From NCBI RefSeq assembly GCF_006345805.1, contig NC_043001.1, positions 87,978,001 to 88,042,000 on the forward strand: a stretch of DNA of 64,000 bases, written 5' to 3'. The notes below the pieces were generated by a model that worked only from the letters and a program-made list of their open reading frames with translations, was not told the DNA's origin and did no database searches. Each line of letters begins with the position of its first letter. Position 1 is the first letter of the stretch. This document shows, piece by piece, positions 63,649 to 64,000 of this stretch. The stretch is from Octopus sinensis (lineage: Eukaryota). A program made the translations under genes and the position numbers.

Positions 63649-64000
63649 GCTATAAATCGCACCTGGTAGTGGGGCCCTGATGCAAGAATTTTAGCATTTT
63701 GAAGAGTGTGGAACCACTACTTAGCTACTATTGTTTCCAGGTATACTCAAACCCAGAATAGCAGCACCTGTCAGGGTCCCAGTAATGGTTTAATTTGCAT
63801 GTTATGAGAGAAACTCCAAGCACAAACCTTTATCGCCTTGTGAATGCCTTGAAAAAGGAAAAACCTAGGAAGGGAAAAACCTCAACAGCAAATCAGGGAA
63901 GAAAAACCCTCAGGTGGTCTTGTACCCTCTTTGACACTGATAAGGCAACTCTAAGATAGGTGGAGCTCTCTGGTCTTGAAAGGCCATTCACATAGAAGAA

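Noticed and set aside
63670-63785. HDV-like ribozyme (GGGCCCTGA pairs with TCAGGGTCC) in a possible LINE 5' region
   Set aside because: Could not place P3/L3, P1.1 GG or the catalytic C in the required order

Overview
AT-rich, microsatellite-laden animal genomic DNA; the repeat landscape suggests an octopus or other coleoid cephalopod (inference). The only host-gene sequence I can support is the final coding exon of STUB1/CHIP (C-terminal half of the U-box, 8853-8978, +) with its 3' UTR. The earlier exons are not visible and presumably lie upstream of the window. The rest is transposon-derived: several tRNA-headed SINE families, many RTE LINE 3' ends plus one long RTE copy, R4/Dong-type fragments sitting in (TAA)n tracts, Penelope-like remnants, Tc1/mariner/maT fossils, hAT and TTAA MITEs, nested non-autonomous Helitrons, gypsy integrase scraps, mini- and microsatellites, and a 100-N gap. 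No rRNA, bona fide tRNA or CRISPR array is present. The most notable unannotated signal is a set of type I hammerhead ribozyme motifs from apparently three unrelated repeat families: a near-intact one at 32542-32630 (-), an inverted decayed pair at 47716-47790/48600-48678, and a minimal one at 54061-54100 in a tRNA-headed Penelope-like terminal repeat. Other highlights are a Helitron nested inside a Helitron (57595-60511) and a hierarchical tandem amplification of an RTE 3' UTR (43163-44660). All homology calls were made by eye; no database searches were run.
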